Assembly (NCBI GenBank): GCA_977016875.1
Contig: CDRNST010000144.1
Coordinates: forward strand, 744,001-808,000
Length of the DNA stretch: 64,000 bases
Reading direction: 5' to 3'
Source: Pavona decussata
Lineage: Eukaryota
The first letter of the stretch is position 1, and the number at the start of each line of letters is the position of its first letter. A program made the translations under genes and the position numbers. Of this stretch, positions 12,212 to 25,096 are shown piece after piece. The notes beneath the pieces were generated by a model. It ran no database searches, was not told where the DNA came from, and worked only from the letters and a program-made list of their open reading frames with translations.

Positions 12212-12636
12212 ATGCCAAGAACAAAGGTGGACCACTTTATTTCGTTGCTTAATATTGACAAAGAATGTGACTTTTTCAAGCGTTTTAGTCTCCAGATGAC
12301 CAGCATTCAATTAGATACTCTTCTGATGGCACTGGAAACTGCGGTGGAAATCCTGTCCTCATTCCAAGGGCTGTGTCGATTGTTGGCAAGAACATCAACG
12401 CAGCAAGTGAAGAAATCTGGGCCCTTAAATGTGATCAACTTATAGATGCCAGAGGCCGCTTAGCAGATCCGCGCAATCACAGTATATGCTGGATAGGGTA
12501 TCTGGTCAAGGACCCAGGGAGCAAAATCGCGAACGAAGATCGAAGTGCAGATGTGCATCTTCCCTTGACAATGAAGTATTTTGACCTTCCTTGCCACTTG
12601 TTGTGGGGAGATAGTGACTCAAACATTCCCGTCTGA
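12212..12636 (+). pseudogene. Frameshifted ORF of unknown function
   Basis: ORFs 12212-12445 and 12373-12636 overlap in different frames and read as one protein with a shift near 12372. Confidence 0.35.
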
Positions 12637-12699
12637 AATTAAGCGTAAAACACGTTTTAACAACCACTTTTTTGTCGCTTAAGTATTCAGACTGGGAAA

Positions 12700-13650
12700 A
12701 TGCAGAAAGGAAAATTAGAAGGGAGCAGCACCAGCACCAACACATCAACCCAAACACTCTCCGTCACAAGCACTTCACTTGATGGTGTCATAATGGACTT
12801 TTTCACAGGCATAAGGCCCCACCTACGCCCATTTATCCAACTTTCACCCGCCCCGTACACCCCACCCCATATGCATCATGTCCACCCCACCCCGTACGCA
12901 TCACGTCCTCAAACGACATCCACTACCACCCACGCCACTCCAGGTCCATCAACCACTTCTACTACCACCCACTCCACCCCATCTTCACCTATCCGTTTCC
13001 TTTCCCATTATCACACACTAGTCACTTTCACTCCCATCATGCCACCTGCAATGTCGCCTCTCCCTCCCCCTGGCCCCATCCCCAAGAAACGTCGCCGGAC
13101 ATCACCCTGCCCTTCTATTATCTACCCTAACCCTAACCCTCCTCCTTGCCGTATAGAGCCTCGCCCCAACATGTCCACCATCACCCACCTTCCCATTATC
13201 TACCCAAGACCTACCCCTCCTCTTTTCATTCTTTCAAGTTCAGCCCTACGACCATTTACCCAAGCCCACCCTATGCGCCATCCCATCCCAAGATCATCTA
13301 CTCCTCCTCTTCGCCATATACAGCCTTGCCCCACGGCTTCCACAATCACAGGCCCCACCAATACTGCCCCTATGCCCGCATCACCTGGGATGCATTCGAC
13401 CCCCCACACCTCACAACCATTCCCCAGCACCTATTCGCTGGTTTGGAGTACCCATTACAGCGCATTCACCGTCACAAGCACCTACTTGTCACAACACACA
13501 CTTCAATCCAAATGTCGTTTATTCTTGACGCATATGCTGTCGACCCTCCCCCCAACAAGATCAAGAACAGTGGGGACCCACACCCAGCCACGACGCACTC
13601 GCCGCCATTCCATTGAGATGTTACCTGTTGTGGCCGACAAATGTATATAA
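12700..13650 (+). CDS. Pro/Thr/His-rich ORF of unknown function; the true C-terminus is probably in the 13146-13616 frame
   Basis: 316-codon open frame in strongly C/A-skewed DNA with an NLS-like PKKRRR. The alternative frame gives more globular text (YCPYARITWDAFDPPHL...SFILDAY). Confidence 0.35.
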   Translation: MQKGKLEGSSTSTNTSTQTLSVTSTSLDGVIMDFFTGIRPHLRPFIQLSPAPYTPPHMHHVHPTPYASRPQTTSTTTHATPGPSTTSTTTHSTPSSPIRFLSHYHTLVTFTPIMPPAMSPLPPPGPIPKKRRRTSPCPSIIYPNPNPPPCRIEPRPNMSTITHLPIIYPRPTPPLFILSSSALRPFTQAHPMRHPIPRSSTPPLRHIQPCPTASTITGPTNTAPMPASPGMHSTPHTSQPFPSTYSLVWSTHYSAFTVTSTYLSQHTLQSKCRLFLTHMLSTLPPTRSRTVGTHTQPRRTRRHSIEMLPVVADKCI

Positions 13651-14119
13651 ACGTGCTCTAAGATGTTGAGTTTACAAGAAAAGAACAAGAAAAGGAAGAA
13701 AAAAAGGTAAAAAAAAGAAAAACAAGAAAAAGTTGAGTTGATAGAATTCACTGAACACAGTTGAAGTGATGTAACATGTGAACGTATATAGAATTGTAAA
13801 TATTGTTATAATTTATTGCATAATTTATTGTACATACAGCCATGTAGATAAAATTGTAAATATTTTAACTTCTTTGGAAATAGTCAAATGTCTTCGTTTC
13901 TGTGCCATAAGTCTCGGCCCCTGTTCATTCTAGTTAGGGATAAAACACGAGCTGGGGTAACCAACCCCTGGGGAGTGCCCCACTTGAAAGCAACAGGTGT
14001 GCCATATATTCCTGGCTACAATGAGTCAAGCTGCTCACTTGATGAAACCCCCTGAATTACCTTTGATACTACCATTTAAGTATCAGGTATCAGGATAATA
14101 CTCTCAATGATTCCATCGA

Positions 14120-16225
14120 AGTGAGGGGGGGTGGGGACCAGGAAACCAATCTATCTACACCATGCCTGAAACTTGATAGACACACCAATATTGCCCTTCT
14201 GAATTCAACGGTGTTGTCAAATTCACTAAATTGATGCTGAGTCAGCATTTTTTAAGCGTTGAATTATGAGCCATTAGGAAAAGTTGCTCCCTCATTATCA
14301 TGTTTTCTCTTATTCAAAGGTAATAGTGAAAACGGTCACTGCTCAGAAATGATAATAGCTGGAGACCTGTAACTTGTATAGATGAATGAAAAGGACACGT
14401 ACATTCCATAGATTATTTCATTATAACTAAGTAACATTAAAAAGTGGTTACCAATACCAAGAAGACAGTTAGATTTTATGGGTGATTTCCCTACAATTTT
14501 GGAGAAAATCACTTAAATCTCCAAGGAATTGCCGGGTTAAGCAAAAACATCAAACGAGAGTCACTTTAAAATGTACATTCTACCACATACTCCTTTTTTG
14601 GAAGTAAAGGTGAAATAACTTATGTTTAATGTTTACTAAGATAATAAAGATATGTTTAGGTCATGGGTGATTTCCCTACACAAAAAAACCTAAATTAACA
14701 AACTTTGCTTTGACGTATCTTGATAATGCTACACTAAAAAAATGTAAAAAAAAATTCTCTACCTTCCAGTTGATAGGGTTAAGGTATGTTGTATTTCGCT
14801 TTTCTTAACCTTTCAACCCTGTGCGATAAGAATTATTAAACATAAGCAAGAGCACTAGTCAAACATTTTGCTTAGTCTTCCCGTTATTCATATTGATGTA
14901 ACTCTTTGTATTTTTCTCTTTTTTTTTTATGTACCTTTTCAGCAGCCTATGCTTTGATACATTGTTAATTCTGTGTGAAAACGGTTTTGCGTAAGGTTAT
15001 AGTTTTAAGAAGATTGAGGTGTTTGAATCAAAGGTGGTTTTCTGGTGCTTGGCAAGAAAAAGTTGGGTTTTTGAAGGACATAAAATTAGCTAAGTTTAGA
15101 CATTCCAAAAGGAGCCATGCTGTCTAGATATCAATTTGAAAATTTCAGAACTACTAAACTAGTCTTTGATCAATACAAAAACAATAAAAATGTCTCAAAA
15201 GCAATTCATTTGAATTTTTAACAAATTTTTGAAGTTTGTAAGGTTTGACAGTTGCAACTGGCACGATTTTTGTAGTTAACTAAGAGTTTAAATTTCTTAG
15301 AAATGACGCCATCAAGAGCACAAAAAAACCACACCACTTTGTTAACAGGACATCAAACTTTCTACCAAAACTAATTTATCGACGTGAAATACGTTTTCAA
15401 GGTGTTCTAGCCTTTACAAAACAATGTACGAAAAAGGTCGATTATGGGTGATTTCCCTACAATTTTTGTATTTAAACGTTAATAAAAGGCTATAAGTAGG
15501 AGGTTAGCACTACAAAATTTGCCAGTTTGTTTCTTAAGATGTTTTGCCTACGTTAGTATAAGCAACAAGTCCAAAAGCCGAACATGAAAGTGTTTTTCAA
15601 CGTCAAACTCATGGCTGATTTCCTGACATCATTTTCAGAACCACTGGAAAGACAAAGATAATTTTATTTTTATAAGTTTAAAATAACGAAACCCAATCTT
15701 TTGGCATGTTGTTCTCGTTCATGTATACAACTCTATAGTTTTTTTTTTTAAGCTTTACCTCTTATTACTGAGGAGATATTACAATTAAAAAATGATTTCT
15801 AGGTGTCACAGAAATGAAACCGACTTTTCTGAATTTGTGTCTAGTACAAGACTTGCAACTTTTCTGGACTTTTGTCAAAATTCGAAAAACGAGCTTTAGA
15901 AAATACGGGGTTATCCCGGGGTATTACCAAGGTGTTGCTCAGTACAGAAGACAACTTAAAATTCCGAAAACCTCAGGATTTTAGGGTTTTTCCTGTCCAA
16001 TTCCCCATTTTTGGGTGGTTTCCTGACACTTTTAGCTTGTGAAGTTAAAAAACAAGAAAATACAAAATTCCCCGGAAAATTCACACATCTCATTCGAAAG
16101 AGAAGCTTTAAAGCTACAAATGCTGAAAGTTTCAGCTTCAGAAACCCAACTGGTGATTTTTTACAAATTTTCGAAAAAACCGGATTTAAGAGTAGGGGAC
16201 TTTGTGGACCGGGAACCTAATTATT
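14120..16225. mobile_element. Long non-coding transposon-like segment with repeated ATGGGTGATTTCCCTACA motifs
   Basis: The motif occurs at about 14478, 14663 and 15443, with a variant at 15611. The segment is bounded by gtggggaccaggaaacc (14132) and gtggaccgggaacc (16204). Confidence 0.5.
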
Positions 16226-16949
16226 ACAATTAATATTACCAAATTTCCTTACAAAAAAATGCGAATCTGAAGGGTTCGCTTGTTCTAAAAAATTGCATTG
16301 ATTATCTAAGTATGCAAAGGTTAATTTTAGAAGAAAAACGTTCTTCTGGTCTAATGAATTTTTAGGCTCAATATGCGAGCTATCGAAAGAATATGAGACA
16401 GAAGTCGACACGAATAAAGCTATAAATAATGATTATCAAGTTGAAACTATGTTAACCAAAATACACTTTACTGAACCTTCAGTTTTTAAGAACGGATTGC
16501 AAGACCTCAAGATTATCCGCAGATGGCAGTCAGGAGGCAGTGATCGCCATAAGAGGGGAGCAATTTCAGGAAAGATGCCTGGAAGGGGATATAACGCCCA
16601 TCAAACCCAAAGATTTATATACCTGCTCTTTTAGTGATTTCTCTGCAACAGACTCGACCTTAGCTACCAGGCGACTCATAAAATGTTCTTTTCCCTGAGA
16701 GGACGGCTGGCTAGATGGTGTAGCTACTCCGTACTTTGCATGAAGGTTTCTGAAATCTCATTACATGGGGCACAATAACGTTCATGAAAAAATTAATGAT
16801 TGCCTCCTCTGAAACTGCTGTTGTTCGCTTCTGCATCTGTTGAACAAAAACAGCATCACAGTATCAATGCAACATTCGAAAACTAATTTATACAGTGCAT
16901 ACGTTAGCAAGAAGAGTAAAGGACACTAAAAGTTTTTTGCAATAGTAAA

Positions 16950-18688
16950 GAATGGAACCTTAGTATGTGGGCTTGATTTCGCACAAGAAAGAACTAACAA
17001 GGAAAGTGCTAAAATTCGCCTGGACTAGCTATAGACGACCCTCGATTACCTTTAAAGTTGCCATGAGAGCAATGGCCCACATTTATGTGAAACGTGTGCC
17101 CTTTCCTTCTTCTCCCAAGCCTTGCACCACAATCGCCAGACAGTTGTTTAACTTCTGACGACCCTCGTTCGATGTTAGCCACTTTCCTACAGACATAACT
17201 TGTCTGAGAACTGCGCAGACTTTAGATAGTAAGTTAAATTTGCTGCCATAGGGCTGATTGCTCTTCTGTGATCACTTACTGGACACTTGCAAATAAAATG
17301 AAAATTATTCGGGACAGCAACCTGCAAAAAGAAATTTGAAAGTTGACAAGAGAAATTATTTGACAAGGTTTCGAACAGAAATGTCCAGAGGAGTGCTGCC
17401 TTTGTAAGGACAATACAATGACGGAACACACTATCCTGTCACTGTAAAGTTGTGTGTTCCCACACATGATGTGATAAGGCAGCAGACTACGTGATCTGTC
17501 ATGTATTGAGATCGTATATTTTATAAAATCAAGTGAAAATGCCATTTTCACGGGTGCGATGCTCTGAACGCCTTGGTTCGCACAAATATTCTCGAGCCTT
17601 GATATTTCCTGCGTATGGCTACATTTAGTTCAGATATCACTGCCATAGACAACGTTAATTATGTTTCATCCTGTCAACTTCATACAAGTACCTCTGTCTT
17701 TCTGGCTTGGATAACCAGTCCAGAACATGGTTATTAATGGAAAAGAGGGGACAGCACTTGGGGCTCCAGTCCGGCAGTTAATGTTAGTGCCATCGTTAAA
17801 AAATCTCTTGCCGCTTCCCCTACATCCTGGGGCCTAGGTCATCTATCACAAATCCCATCAGTCTGACTTGCGACGTTTCGAGTAACCTATAAGAGACAAA
17901 TTAAATTAATAATGACAGAACATTGAGATGTGATGATTCTATTATACCACTGATGAAAAGTTGATTTAAACTAGTGGACAAGGAAAAAAATTCAGTAATA
18001 CGCGTGTTACAATATTTATACTTCACAGACTTGTCCGAAACCAGAAACTGCACTTGAAAATTCTATGAGATGGCCCAGGGTAACAAAAGAAAGAGAAGCA
18101 AGGAATTTATATTTGGAGATTCTTTCCTTGTAGCAGCTTTTACACTGCTAGGAAGACGTTAAATAAGAAACTTTCCCTTTTGTAGGGAGGTGTACAAGAA
18201 ACCCTAATGACAAAAGGACATATTTAAGAAGGAGCTTCTATAATGCTTGTAAATACTTGACCTGTGTTCCCATGTCAACTGGCGGAATATAAAGGAACAT
18301 CAGGCCTGGAATGTGAGAACGAATCTTACTCTAGCTGCCAAGGGGAGAAATGACAGGAAAAACATACTTATACTGCTTGGTCAAGATACGTTTCCCATAA
18401 AAAGAAGTCCATTTCATCTCTGGCCCATTCACACGGAAGAGACTGATGATAGCCTCTTAAGTTGTACTGTGCTTTAGGATTCATGAACTGGTATGGTTTA
18501 TTGTTATCACTCACCTTGTCATAATGAATAATAATCAGGCTCATCACAACAGTATAAAATGAGGACAGGAAGTTTCCATTTTCCACAGTGTCATCATGAG
18601 CTGTTAAACTATATCGATTTATTCCGGCATTTCTTAAAACATCTAAACTCTGCGATAGGGTGTCGCCTTTATCAGCAGCATTGAACAT
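16950..18688 (-). pseudogene. Decayed multi-exon gene of unknown function
   Basis: ORF 18368-18688 ends near a donor-like GTATGT. Further protein-like stretches with stops follow acceptor-like sites near 17885 and 17320. Confidence 0.3.
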
Positions 18689-18691
18689 ATT

Positions 18692-19640
18692 GCGAGTTCC
18701 ACCATATCTCCAAAAAAATAAATCGGATCGATGAAGTTAAAGTCTTTCTGAACTCAGAAAAGCCTACACTCTAAAATGAAAAAAAATTAGTAGTGTACGA
18801 CTAATATTTACCGAGATATCAGCAAAAGTTTCCATCCACATTGTAACTGAAAACATGTTTTGAGCTTAATTTCCGACGGGAATGTTTGAATCACTATTCC
18901 GAGTTCCACCATATCTCCCAAAAAAATAAATCAGATTGATAACGTTAAAGTCTTTCTGAACTTGGAAAAGCCTACACTCTAAAATAAAAAAATTAGCAGT
19001 GTACGACTAATGTTTACCAAGATATCAGCAAAAGTTTACATCCACATTACAACTTAAAACGTGTTTTACGCTTAATTTTCGACCGGAATATTTCAAGAAT
19101 ATTAATTGGATTGATAACGTTAAAGTATTCCTGAACTTGGAAAAGCCTACACTCTACAATAAAAAAAAAATTAGCAGTCTACTACAAGTATTGACAGAGA
19201 TATCAGCGAAAGTTTACATCATTGTGGTAACTTAAAACGTGTTTTACGCTTAATTTTTGACCGGAATATTTCGATTACTTGTGCGCTTTCCATTAAAACT
19301 CCTACAATATAGATCAGACTTACAATGTTAAACTATCCCTGTATTTGAAAAACTTTTCACTGTGCAATAAAAGAAAATCAGCTCTGTACAGCAAATATTT
19401 CATTAGACATTACTCAAAAATCACTCAATGTAAGGAAATCACCCAAAAATGTCGGGAATTCACTTAAAGTGTAAGGAAATCACCTAAAGTGTAGGGGATT
19501 CACCTAAAGTGTAGGGAGGTCATGTCGTCCGCAATGAACCCTAACTCACTTAAAATCATTCTTACAATGTTAAACTATTCCTGTATTCGGAAAACTATTT
19601 ACTGTGCAATGAAAAACAAAGCAGCACTGTACGGCAAAGG
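18692..19640. repeat. Degenerate ~200-bp tandem repeat (4-5 units) containing an array of ~21-bp TGTAGGGAAATCACC-like units
   Basis: Units start near 18692, 18901, 19105, 19290 and 19561 (gttaaagtctttctgaacttggaaaagcctacactct...). Five short units lie at 19428-19522. Confidence 0.8.
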
Positions 19641-19802
19641 TAGTTAATGATAAACTAAAGCACTATAAAAGCTTCTGAAACACGAGCCTCTCCCTCTTGT
19701 TTTGTTTGTTTCGGCAATCAAGAGTTTCCTCGTGGATTGCTACAAGCTACAACTTTGCTTGAATTTCATCTTGCGCTGTGTTTAGCTTTGTGTTCAGCTT
19801 CA

Positions 19803-21464
19803 ATGGTGAGTTTTCAAAATTTGTTTACATAGTTACTTCTTAACGTAATTGAAACGCAATGACTAAATGTACTTTGAGGCCAAATGTTAACTTACACAAT
19901 TGTTTAGCTGCAATGACTTAAATGTTTCCCGTTTCCTTTTAGATTCTTCGAATTTTCATCAATCTATTTGTTCATCTTCATTAATTATCAACGGATTAAG
20001 GTATGTTTCATTCCTTATTCTATTTAAGCATATTTCCTTTAGTTTCGAACGATATCGAATATTGCAAAATGCTACACATTTTACATTTTTAAAGACACGG
20101 TGACAAATTCTTCCAGTTTTCAGCAAACCTGAAATTCCGTTTATGCTTGCGGCGCAACACAAATCTTTCCATATTTGAATTCTACACTTCATTAGCTTTA
20201 CATAGAGACCAAAATGGAATTCATAGGACATATATTTATTGAGATACGAATTTTTGAGCTTTTACCTCGGTTTCGATAACGAACTAGATTAACTAATTGC
20301 AGTGACTTCTGCATACGCAGTTTGAATTTGAAAGTGTTTTCCTCCAAAGCACATGGATAAATCAACTTTAATTGAACACTACAATATCTATAGAAGTAAT
20401 TGAGTAAATGAAACGTTTCTTTGACGGCGAATTGGTCGAAAAATAATTTTTGGACCTTTCAAAACAGCAGGCGCTTACATTTTTAAAGACACAGGGACAA
20501 ATTCTTCCAGTTTTCCGCAAACCTGAAATTCCATTTACACTTGTGGCGCTACAAAAATCTTTCAATATTTGAATTTTACACTTCTTTAGCTTTTCATAGA
20601 GACCAAAATCGAATTGATAGGACATATATTTATCGAGATACGAATTTTGGAGTTTTTAACTTCGGTTTTCATAACAACCAGATTAGCTAATTGCAGTGAA
20701 CCCTAATGCGCACTTGAATTTTAAAGTGTTTTTCTCCAAAGCACATGGTTAAATAAACTTTAATTGAAAACTACAATATCATTGGCTTGGTTATTTTTCC
20801 AGAGGAAAATGTCAGACACCACCGAGACCTTGGCAGAATCTTATCAAAATTTAAGGCTGGCTAAGGAGCAGTGACTTCTGGCCTCCCCTCGGCCAGATTC
20901 TTTGGCCTTGGCCCCTAGGCCAGACAATGCAGTCGCGCCGATGAAAATTGAGGAAAGGGAACACAGGGATAGAAGCGAGAGTAGAAGGCGCCATGAAGAA
21001 AGAAATGAGCGGGAGAGGCGACTGGAGACTGAGGAACACAGGGAAAGGGAACGAGGGAGGGATAGAAATGAGAGTAGGAGGCGCCGTGAAGAAAGCAATG
21101 AGCGGGAGAGGCTATACCGGATAAGAAGATGGGAGGAGAGAGAGGAGAGAGAGGAAAGAGAGAGGAGAAGAAGACGCGATGAAAGAAAAGAAAGATATGA
21201 GAGAGAGAGAACTGAAGAACGAGACAGAAGAGAAAGGGAGCGGAATCAACATGGTAAGAACATCTAGATTTGATTTAATTTGTACGGAAGTATTTGCATT
21301 CATGTTATTCTCTTTTAGTGCAATGCTACATTTGTGGGCAAATGGGCCACAAGAAGGCGGAATGCTGAAATTCACGGAAAAGACGCAAGCCGCAGACCTC
21401 CAGAAACACATACATCTTCAATGGGCAAAACATTACTTTTAGAAATAAATTAAAGAAGGGGTAA
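19803..21464 (+). pseudogene. Three-exon Arg/Glu-rich CCHC zinc-knuckle gene with two premature TGA codons
   Basis: TATAAAA near 19664. Exon 1 ends ATG|GTGAGT at 19805. Exon 2 (20803-21253) is in frame and R/E-rich. A phase-1 intron (21254-21318) leads to exon 3, VQCYICGQMGHKKAEC* (CX2CX4HX4C). Confidence 0.75.
20081..20780. repeat. ~310-bp direct duplication (period ~394 bp) in intron 1 of the zinc-knuckle gene
   Basis: ttacatttttaaagacac...ctacaatatc at 20081-20388 and 20475-20780. Confidence 0.85.
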
Positions 21465-23273
21465 AAATAAAAAAAAATTAACAAAGAGGTGGCTTTGAAA
21501 AATGCTACAATAAAGTAAAGAACATGTCCCGCCCAAAAAGCAAGTAAAGCAATCTGTGGACTGCAAAACGCTGAAACTGTGAAAAAACAAGTAAAGTAAT
21601 TGGTGGATCCTGAAAGGATGCCAACAACGAGTCGTTCTCCTGGGTTATCAGTAGAGAGGTACGATCGTTGGTGCAGATAACTTGGAGAGAATGGGACAGA
21701 AATCAACGTGGTAAGAACATCTAGTTTCCTTGTATTTGTATTCTTTTTTCTGCTTGGCAACAATGAGTCCAGTTGATGAGTGGATGATACCCTCTGGTAG
21801 ATATCCTGTATACAATTGTTTAATTACCATTGCACACAAGATATCTAACACAGACTAATAATGGAGTAAAGAACTTCGTGGGGACCAGGAAACCTGAAAA
21901 AAAACCAACAAATAACGACTGACGATGACTATACATATTGTGCATTTTAACTGATGTTGCAATTTCCCAACAGGTAAACGAGAAAATGTGATAACGAGGA
22001 AAGTGTTTAACATATAACAGATGCCAAGAAGAAACTGCACAGACATTTTATAAGGCAAACGCCATAACAAAAATGCAAGTGAAAAAAAAAACAAAATTAT
22101 TATATTAAAGAGAAAATAATAAAGAAATAAAAAAAAGGACAAACATTCACTTGACTGCAATAAGTATTATAAAGTACACTTATTCCTATTACTAATAAGG
22201 GGTAAAAAGTGGAAAAAAAGCATATAACACCTCCAGAATAAAGTTAATTAAATTTTAGATTTTGCCCCCAAACCATGGGTGAACCATCAGAAGGTAGGCA
22301 AATCACCCACTAACTTTTGTGTCAATTAAAAAGTTAAAAATATGAGGTTAAACAGATATTAACCCATGAATCGTTTCAGTGCTTTGCTCTGATACGCTCT
22401 GTGCAAAAATGTTTTCAAAAAACTTAATCGGGATTTTTTTACCAACTTTTTTCTGTACAGTGGTAACGCATGACTTTTCGTGACCACTACATGATGATCC
22501 TTTCCAGCAAGTCCTCAATTGGTATGTACACGCATTTTCTAGCTCTAATAATTAATTATATTTTTGTCCTTATTTGACTAAACTCAAGCAATTCAAGTGT
22601 TGGAAAAGGTTTATAAGGTTCCAGAGGACCCTTAGAGTACATTTACTACCAACAAATAGCAGTTGCTATGCCGTAAAAAGACGTTAAAAGTTAAGGGTGC
22701 TCTGTGCCATATGAACTGTTAGCATAAGTGCTTGTAGAGTAGCTTACAAAACTTTTTATGGGGTTTCATGCCCTTAGTAACTCGAAGCACATAGAAAGGA
22801 ACTCCCCAGAAAAAGTTTTGGACTAAGACAGTAGTTATGACGTCATTTATGTTCAAAATTGAACCGTTAATAACTCTGTTAATTATTAAATTAACTTCAA
22901 TGAAACTGTTGATGTTTGTCCACCTTGCTGCAAAGATTAATCGTGCCAACACTCAAAGCAATCGGATGAAAACAAGCAGAGTTATTAACAGTTTAGTTTA
23001 ATTCCAATATGGCGGATAATATAAGTAGGTGCTAGTATCCTATTACCACGTTGACCTGAAATCGAGGAAAAACTTTGAAGGCTTATAAAACAAAGGCATT
23101 TTAACGGATTTTATTCAAATTCGAGAATTAGGTCCTCCTATGTAAGAACTCTTCATAAACTGGTACCTGCTTCACCTTACTAACCTTAACTTTATGTAAG
23201 ATGCACCGAAATAAATCCACTAACCAAGGTGGTTCTTTTAGGAAAAAACAAGAAAACAAAGATAAAACCAACA

Positions 23274-24160
23274 TGGATGCTCTGCTGCAACTTTGCTAGA
23301 AGGCCACAGAAAACGACCTTGAAGCCATAGCCGCTCTTGGCCTCAGTAATGCTGACATCAGACAGCCAGACGATAACGAAGAATTTAGCGTGGAAGGCTT
23401 GCACCAGGACTACATAACAGCCTGCAAACATTACGATGTGGGGGTGGAGCTAGGAAGAGAATTGCAGACGGAATCGAGCAAAACTATGCTAAGCCTGGTG
23501 GATTTTGCTTTTCGGACCAAATTTAATAAAAGGGCCAGCATCAAATTAAAGGCTGACACAACCCTAAAAGTTGTGCAGTCTGCCATCCAAGACATCCAAT
23601 CTTGGATGGAGAAGCATTACGTTGTCGAGATCACCCATATTAGAAACCTAGCCAGCATTATCCAAAATGCCTTAGATGGTAACGACCAGGCATGAAACGT
23701 CTTGGCGATGACGTCCAACCCAGAGATCGACTTTCCTCGCCAAAAATCTTCGCCCTCAGGTCAGGACTTAACCCTGACCTACATGACCGCAAAGGAGTTA
23801 GAGCTGGTTGGTCACATCATGGATGACAGCGGTTTAACCACCATCAACCATGGTGTGAAGAGGTATGCAAAGTGACTCAATCGTCAAAGACCTAACAACG
23901 AGCTTGAGCTACCATTTCATCCAGATGACGCTTGCCATTCCTTGGAGAGGGCCATCCAAGAGCTAAAGAAAGTCTCCATTAACGCAGAGCTGAAATACCG
24001 CAAGCTGAACCAAAGAGGAACAGCCAGGGCGGTAGATGACATCCAAGACGAGGTCAAACACCCAAATTTTAATCCTGACAATGAACATGACACCTCATCG
24101 GGGTCAGAAAGCGACACCACCTCATCTGAGTCCACTAGTGAGGACGGTTCATCACGTTGA
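23274..24160 (+). pseudogene. Intronless ~295-aa ORF, helical with an acidic/Ser-rich tail, with in-frame stops
   Basis: MDALLQLC*KATEND... runs in one frame through ORFs 23390-23695 and 23942-24160 with three stops. Confidence 0.55.
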
Positions 24161-24197
24161 GCAACAAAAAAAAAAGAAAAAAAACCTGACCCTAAAC

Positions 24198-25096
24198 ATG
24201 GCCTTTAACCAACAACATCAAAACAACGAAAACCCGACCCAGCTACTCCTGGCCCCTCTTCCTCTAAGAGAAGAAAGAGCCTCTCAAGGAGAAACTTCGG
24301 AGCAATTCCTGGCCCTTCCACCTCGAAGGGAAACAGGGTACACTACACAAACCGAAGGTGTGCCCTCTGTCTCAAAGAGGTCGTTAATATTAGGCGACAT
24401 GTTATCGAAGTGCACACCAGGAAGAACGAGAGAATCTCCATGGCTCGTGCTGACGCTCTTATTCAGATGTCGATCCATGGAGACAAAACTCGTGGAACTC
24501 GGAGAATAGAGAAGAAGGGAGACAAGAAAATAGAATTTGCAGGTCGGCGCAAGGAAATCTGCCCTTTGTGTGACAGAGTTCAGCAGTATCTAAGTACACA
24601 CCTCCGTCGGTATCACCGACTGGACGACTCAGAGCAGTACAAAACCGCAATTCGTATCGCCAGGCCATACCAGGGAGTACACAGCGAAATCCAATGGGAT
24701 TTTCATCTAAATGCCATCACCAACAAGACAAGGCGGACCCAAGGAGCAGAGTGAGATGAATCTGACTTTGTACCTTCAAAACAAGCAAAAGACGACAACA
24801 CGCCTCATCCTATCAAACAGCTGCTTGCGGAACTCCAAAGCAGCGATAGTGATGAGGACTACAAGCGTCCTCAAGAAAAAGAATTGGAAAATATTATACC
24901 TCCATCCCCAGAAAAAATCCCTTTGTCAAGAACCCTTCCCCTAACAAGGAGCAATGACATCGCACAACAGGAAGGTGAAACCTCCAATGCAGAGCTCCTT
25001 GCAGATGATCACCATCAAGAATCGGCAGGGAGCAGTGACGACGAAGAGGATGTAGAGGAAGAGGATGAAGAGGAAGACGAAGACTGGAGCAAAAGA
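24198..25096 (+). pseudogene. Double C2H2 zinc-finger plus acidic ORF, 3'-truncated
   Basis: CALCLKEVVNIRRHVIEVH and CPLCDRVQQYLSTHLRRYH, then SSDDEEDVEEEDEEEDEDW. It is cut where the 25096 duplication begins. Confidence 0.65.

Noticed and set aside
13125-13141. CCCTAACCCTAACCCT telomeric repeat
   Set aside because: Only about 2.5 units within C/A-rich DNA, so chance is plausible.
19428-19522. NF-kB-like site array (GGGAATTCAC, GGGGATTCAC)
   Set aside because: The match to GGGRNNYYCC is imperfect, and it is more simply an element-internal repeat.
20844-21411. Leu/Ser/Phe-rich minus-strand ORFs
   Set aside because: They are antisense shadows of the purine-rich R/E exon.
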